Part shown: positions 57,997 through 64,000 of the stretch, one piece after another
Numbering within the stretch: position 1 is the stretch's first letter
Layout of the letters: each line of letters starts with the position of its first letter
From: the human T2T-CHM13v2.0 reference genome, Homo sapiens
Direction: 5' to 3' (one strand)
Assembly: GCF_009914755.1 (NCBI RefSeq)
Contig: NC_060929.1
Length of the DNA stretch: 64,000 bases
Program-made: the position numbers and the translations under genes
The notes under the pieces: model-generated
Database searches by the model: none
What the model was told of the DNA's origin: nothing
The model's input: only the letters and a program-made list of their open reading frames with translations

Positions 57997-58160
57997 AACC
58001 TCTGGTATGTCCTAGAGATGGTTTATTTTGCTTTCTTAATTTATAATGTGAGAATTACAAAGAAAGTTCCAAATTGATAACCTCTGGTATGTCCTAGAGA
58101 TGGTTTATTTTGCTTTCTTAATTTATAATGTGAGAATTAGAAAGAAAGTTCCAAATTGGT
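57997..58160. repeat. 82-bp tandem duplication (2 copies)
   Basis: aacctctggtatgtcc...aaagttccaaattg repeated with period 82; two substitutions. Confidence 0.97.
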
Positions 58161-59892
58161 CTTGGAACTATGGAAAAGAAGACTTTTATATGTAAATCAA
58201 TTAAAGGCAGGTATTAGGAGATAAATCTTGTAACTATTTGAGTCAGCTTCTTGGTTTTATTAGGTGTCAAGAGAGAGGCTAGTTTATGTTTTCTTTTGAG
58301 ATTTCAAAAACCTCCTATCCTGAGATTCTTTTTGAAGAGAACCTTTGCCTGTTTGTCTTAATAGAGTAGGGTTTTCAGGCTGGTGACTGTTATCATAGTA
58401 AGTCTTTAATTGTGAAAACCAGTTGTGTGGTGGTTGTGTGATGATGTTTCTTGTAGGATTGCCTTGTTTTTGCTTTTCAGAGAACTACTACATCAGGGAA
58501 CAAGTGCCCCTTTTGAAATGATTTACACACACTAATGTTGGGTAACTTATCTGTGCTTCATCACTAGAGAGAGACAGAAGAAAGGCCCTATAGCAAAAAC
58601 AAACAAACAAAAAACCTGTACACAGCTTGCTCTTTTTGTGTAAAACATATTGAAGAAGTAATGCCACTCTGATATTGCTATGCTCAGTGGCTTTGCCAGA
58701 GATAGAATTCAATAAGAAATTTTCAAAAAAAATCTAGATGAATTTAATCTGTACTCATGAATAATTATTTGGCTATGTTTCCCCTGTTTACCAAGTAATT
58801 ATGGTTTTAAAATCTGTTTGGGTTAGCATTTAGCATTTCTCCATCCAAGGGAATCATAACATTGATGGAATATCTATCAGCCCATTTTTATGAGCTAAAG
58901 TAATTAAAAAAATTCTTTATTATTCTCCGTATGATAGTAACCTACAATAAATTTGGAATGAGTTGTTCAAATATTGACTATCAAAGCAGTGTCCTTCTGC
59001 TTCTCTGAATAAAGGAGGGGAAAGAATTTGAAGGGTTTTAGTTATAAGGTTTAAATGAAACTCATGATTTCAGAGTCACCATACATTGGAAGAGAAATGT
59101 GTAAGAGATTTGGTCACACCGCACATACACACAACTAACCACAAAATTATATGCAGTGTGATGTCAATATTAAGCAAACACACAGAAATAAATTCAGAAT
59201 CTGAACTGGAGAAGAACAAAACTTTATGGATGTGATAAGTTATAATTTAGTATTATTTTGTTCTGATTTCATTAAATCAGGAAATTCACCCTTTCAAAAA
59301 TGTGCCACATCTCATTACTCTACACAATGAACAACCATTAAAAAGTATTGCTGCTAAATAAATGCCTATTTGTGTTACCTTTTATCTTGAGTTACTTTCT
59401 AAATTACATATAATTCCATGTGAAAAATTTAAAATAAATCCTCCCAAGAAAATTAAGGCATTGGACCAGAAGATGTCTGAGGTCTTTAATAATTATAAGA
59501 TAGCTATTATTCCAATAAAGATACTTTGATTTGTTTTCCTTTGAAAATGTCATTGAAGCTATTTAAATTTTGCAAGTGGGGATGGCGAAGTAGGGAAAGG
59601 GGTTCTCAGCAGGTACTGGGAGAACAGTGTACTTTTTTTTGTTGTTTGAGAACCACAATGTTGAAACTACATAATTACACAGTAACTGTTGACCTTGTAA
59701 TTACACTGTAAGTACCTGTAGTGACAAGATAAATGCATGGTTATTTCAGTCTTTTAAGCTATAGGGCTATCATGCGACCCTAACAATGTAAGCTACATAG
59801 TAATTTATTTGTAGAGTAAATAGTGCTTACTCACAAGTTATACCTACACATGTGCTTTCTGTGCTACACAGATCCATAGAAACATGGCAAAT

Positions 59893-59947
59893 CAGCGCCC
59901 TCTAGGCACTTTTATTGAAATGACACACGAGTCACGTGTATGTTTAC
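59893..59947. promoter_or_regulatory. Motif cluster: CTCF-like, GTCACGTG E-box, forkhead
   Basis: cagcgccctctagg (59893), gtcacgtg (59931), tgtttac (59941) in repeat-free DNA. Confidence 0.35.
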
Positions 59948-60772
59948 CACTCGGAATATTTCAGTTATTTGTGGAGCATTCAGGGTTTTTCATGACTGCC
60001 TTTCGTCCTAAAATTTATTTTTTTAAAAGAAATAGAATTACAAGTGACTTATTTTTACTGGTCATTCCTTTTTGTTACAATAGTATTAATATGTAATCAT
60101 ATGATTTATTAACTGGGAGTCCTCTTGTCTTTAAACCACTTTTAAAAGAACTGTGTATACATCAAACTATATTTATTTTAACAAGCTGTTAAGTAAAAAT
60201 CTTTATATGAGTTTTCAGTGAAAAGAAAACAGTTGTGAATGATTTTTTGAAACAAAAATGTTTTTATAATGTAAACAATAATGGTAGTTATTAACGTTTA
60301 TTGAATGCTTATTAAGCCCTAGGACACTATGATAATTACCCCTAATTTAGCAAGGTTGCTTATATTTGGATTTTAATATACTGAATGCTTTAGTGACAAT
60401 TTGATGTTAACTAAGAAGCTGGTTGGTGAATTATTTTTCAGTCATTTGTTCATTCAATATATAGATATATTTTTTTTCAGTCTCCGTTGTACCAGAGACT
60501 GTGCTAGGTAGTCCTTAGGGACTAGTCATCTTTCTAATGCAAGAAAAGATTGAGCAACTTACTTCAATCTGTTGTGTCAAAATAACAGTAAGCATGAGAT
60601 GTAGTAGGAACCAATTAAAGTTACCCAGTAATGAGTCAAAGGTGGAGTTGAGATGTAGGATAAGAGTGTTCCAGGCTGAAGAGTCAGCTGCCAAATACAA
60701 AGATCGGGAGATTTAAAACCACCAACCTGGCTAGTACTTAGAGTTTGAGCTTGTAGAGAGAAGGGTCTAGAA

Positions 60773-61112
60773 TAGGGATTCCCAACCCCCGGGCTGCGGA
60801 CTGGTGTTGGTCCATGGCCTCTTACGAACAGGGCTGCATGGCAGGAGGTGAGCAGCAGGTAAGCTAGAATTACCACCTGAGCTCCACCTCCTGTCAGGTC
60901 AGCAGAGGCATTACATTCTCATAAGAACCACGGACCCTACTGTGAACTGGCATGTGAGGGATCTACGTTACATGCTCCGTATGAGAATCTAAGTAATGCC
61001 TCATGATCCGAGGTGGAACAGTTTCATTCCCAAACAATCCCCAACCCCAGTCTGTGAAAAAAAATTTCTCCCATGAAGCTGATCCCTGGTGCCAAAAGGT
61101 TGGAGACCGCTG
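60773..61112. mobile_element. MER1B (hAT-Charlie), full length with 8-bp TSD
   Basis: tagggattcccaacccccgggc...ccctggtgccaaaaggttggagaccgctg; TSD gtctagaa / gtctaaaa; L2-like flanks. Confidence 0.92.
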
Positions 61113-62176
61113 GTCTAAAAGACAGGCACTATGCCTTGAACAACCTCATGGTAGGAGTTTGGATTTCATCCTGAGGTCAGTGAAGAATAATTGAAGAGCT
61201 TAAGCATAAGATTGAGATGTTATATTGTGGACCGTGAATGAGAGTGAGGCAGGACTGACCCTAGAGACAAATTATTGAGGTCATTATAGGAATCCAGCAG
61301 AGAGGGGGCGCTGCTCAGAATTTGACACTGAGAACAGCAAAGATTCCTCTCTCCGTCTGTCTGCATAGTTCTTTCTTCATTCTGGAGTGCTCAGTGTCAC
61401 TACCCTTAGTGAGAGTGAACATTTGCCCAGTTCCAGGGTAAATTCAAGGTGGGTCTGGGATGAGCAGTTTGGAACTACTAATTGGATGAGGATTGACAAT
61501 GTTGCTTTCAATGGGATCCTGAACCTAATGTATCACACACTGTTTATAAGTTCTGGCAAAAGTTTGTCAGCCTGGAGGTGGTTTCAGCTCATGAGATATA
61601 CTTCAGTTTTCCCTTGTCTAAAACACTGACTCATTCTATGAATTCGCAACTGGCACTTTTCCCCCTGTGGCCTCTCTGTTGATCCATTTCCGCTAACCAA
61701 TACACGGTTTCCACATGGCATATTTTTTCCCTTTTGACAAAAATTTGCAACCGAACCTTCCTATGAGAGACTATATATGTGAACTACTCCAAAGGGCTTA
61801 TGGAAAGCTAAATTGGGACTGTTTTTCTTAGCACATCAGTTTGTATGATAAGGGGTGAAAGAAAAAAAAAAAAGCAAAAGGCAAACTTTTGTTTGGATTC
61901 AAATGTCATCTTTGCCTGTGCCACATTTATTTTTATTTCCTCTCTGACAAGAATGTTAACTTTCCAGGAAAACTCAACTTCTCTAAGAGAACAGCCAACA
62001 CAAACAATTTTTTTAAGGTGTGATTTTCGTTGAGGCTGTGATTTTATCGTTTGGAGCAAATGGTGAATTGGGAGAAAAAAAAAAGCTTGGAGTGTACATT
62101 TCCTTTACTAAGACATCAGATTGAATCATGCTTTGGGTATTTTGGCTATAGTGTTTTCCAGTCCTTTGCCTCTCAG

Positions 62177-62226
62177 GAGACCCTAATGTGAAACAAAATG
62201 GAAAACTCTATTCGCATTCTCTTTGG
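62177..62226 (+). other. Candidate exon (50 nt; alternative donor at 62343)
   Basis: gtcctttgcctctcag acceptor, TGG|gtgaga donor, strong-context caaaATGG at 62198, CpG-rich continuation. Confidence 0.35.
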
Positions 62227-64000
62227 GTGAGATCTCCAGGGACTCGGAGGAGGCGAGAGAAACTTTCGCTTGCTCACGACGTATTCTACACAGATGTTGT
62301 CCCTGAAAATATTTGCATTGGCAGCTTTTTATATTGGTACAAGGTGGATTATCTGAAAAGAAATAATCTTTTTCCCTTCCCAAAATGCAAAGATTTCTCT
62401 ATTCAAGTAGGATATTCTCAAAACAAATTAGTTTTTTAAAATTCAAAATAGTCAGCTATATCATATAAGTAGCTGAATTCCCTCATATTTGCCCATGTCC
62501 CTTTCATATTGCAGATATCAAAGAAAATTCATATTTGTTTTTATTTTTCCAAACTCATTAAAGCTTGAATAAATTGTGTTAAGATAAATCTATATTCTCT
62601 TTGCAGTTTTTTCTTTGCGCTTTTGAATTTGAGTGGATATCTTCTGTGTATAATATTTGTATTTTTCTATTTTGTAGTATAAGCAACTGACAGGTAAAGC
62701 CATTCATGTCCTCTCTATATAATGACAAAAGATAATGTTCGTTTAAAGAGGTATTTTGCTTTTTAACTCAATCTTGCTATTCCTTTTATAATCATAAACT
62801 ACATCAATGATGGCTATTTAGAAAATAGGTAGAGTAGGAGGGATGGAGAATACCTCAATAATATAATTGCACTAACATTTATGATTACATGACACCTGAA
62901 TTCTACTTAATACTCCAGCTTTACTTATTCCCTGAACTTTTACTATTAATAATATTCAGCCTGAAAAAAAGGTTGAAATGCCAACATCATATTGGAAGAC
63001 AAATTTACATTTCATTCCCAACACCGTAATTTAATAAAAATTTTATGGTGTTATGGGTACTCAATTATGCTCCAAGCAGAGCTGGAATTTAACATTGTTC
63101 CACATACAGAGAGGATCTGGTAGTACTTTATTTTAAACGGTCCTTTGAAAGAGCATTGTAGTATATGATACAACAAATATGCTGCTTTTAAGAGACACTT
63201 TGGAAAACAGTGAATTACTTAAATTGTTTTTCATTTCTGTGAGAGAGCATAAAGTCTCATAATTCACTTAGATTGATTTAATATACTAGGTTACTGAATT
63301 ATCAGGCTTTGAAATAGTCTTTCCTTTAGAATTACAGTGATGTTGATGTTAATATAATATAGACGATATATGTAAAGTTTACATCGTAAGCTAAGATATG
63401 AGTTTTCTTTTTTTTTTTTCCCCTAAGTAAGCATTCTCCTGGGCACTGTTGGAAATAGTTTTTATCACCTCTTTACTTCTTCTCGTATCCAATCAAAAGT
63501 CCAGTTGCTTAGATTTTTAGAAGCTCAGTGACATTCATGTTATCTTCCTTTACTTAAAATTATTCAATGCTTTCTTCCCAGTGTTGACTAAATCTAGTCC
63601 AAACTGCCACTTAAAATTCTCCAGTCTGGCTCCTATCTACTTTAATTTGCATATGTGACATCCCAGCTAAACTCCAATCCTCAGAAAAGGCTCCTCACCT
63701 CACTGCCTCTGTTTCATGCTGGTTCCTCTAGTGGAATTCTCCTTCTCCTCCCATTTCTATCTGGTGAATTATTTCATCTTTCAAGACTTGGCCATATGTT
63801 AACTTTTTCCCAGACTGAAGTATTTTGTCCAGTATTGGTTTCTTCTACTATATTTTTTATTTTTTCTTATGACACTTATTACATGGAGACTTACAAAATA
63901 TGCTCTTTTCTTATAAGCATGGTATTAACATGCATTAATTTTATTAACTCCTTATTAACTAAGTTCCTTGTCAGAAGCACCTATATCTCAGACTCGGAAG

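Noticed and set aside
57997-58160. Direct repeats as a CRISPR-like array
   Set aside because: Only two abutting copies, no spacers, and a eukaryotic context
61294-61313. ccagcagagagggggcgctg CTCF-like motif
   Set aside because: Both halves look right but are separated by extra bases, so neither register fits well

Overview
Primate, most likely human, AT-rich non-coding genomic DNA. It looks like the interior of one or more very large introns of a gene probably transcribed on the + strand. This is inferred from + strand T-tracts, the L2 copies and the youngest L1 lying antisense, and most splice-site-bounded segments facing +. No ORF in the supplied track looks like a real protein: they are Alu read-throughs or chance frames. 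I could not recognise the host gene. The window contains about 19 Alu copies, one of them young and Ya5-like. It also has a 5'-truncated L1PA with target-site duplications (TSDs), older L1M/L2/L3/MIR fragments, hAT-type DNA transposon relics (MER1B, MER53, MER58, MER5, Charlie1/MER33, MER91, MER102) and an LTR16. Several small splice-site-bounded segments are candidate UTR, alternative or cryptic exons. Notable local structures are a recent 82-bp tandem duplication, several perfect inverted repeats that look like template-switch scars, a tight inverted Alu pair and an Alu-tail (GGAA)11. Also present are a miR-1302-like MER53, a C/D-box-like segment, and a CpG-retaining patch with tandem hairpins in an open symmetric candidate exon. 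The sequence alone gives no convincing evidence of a new multi-component biological system. Repeat subfamily calls and boundaries were made by eye.
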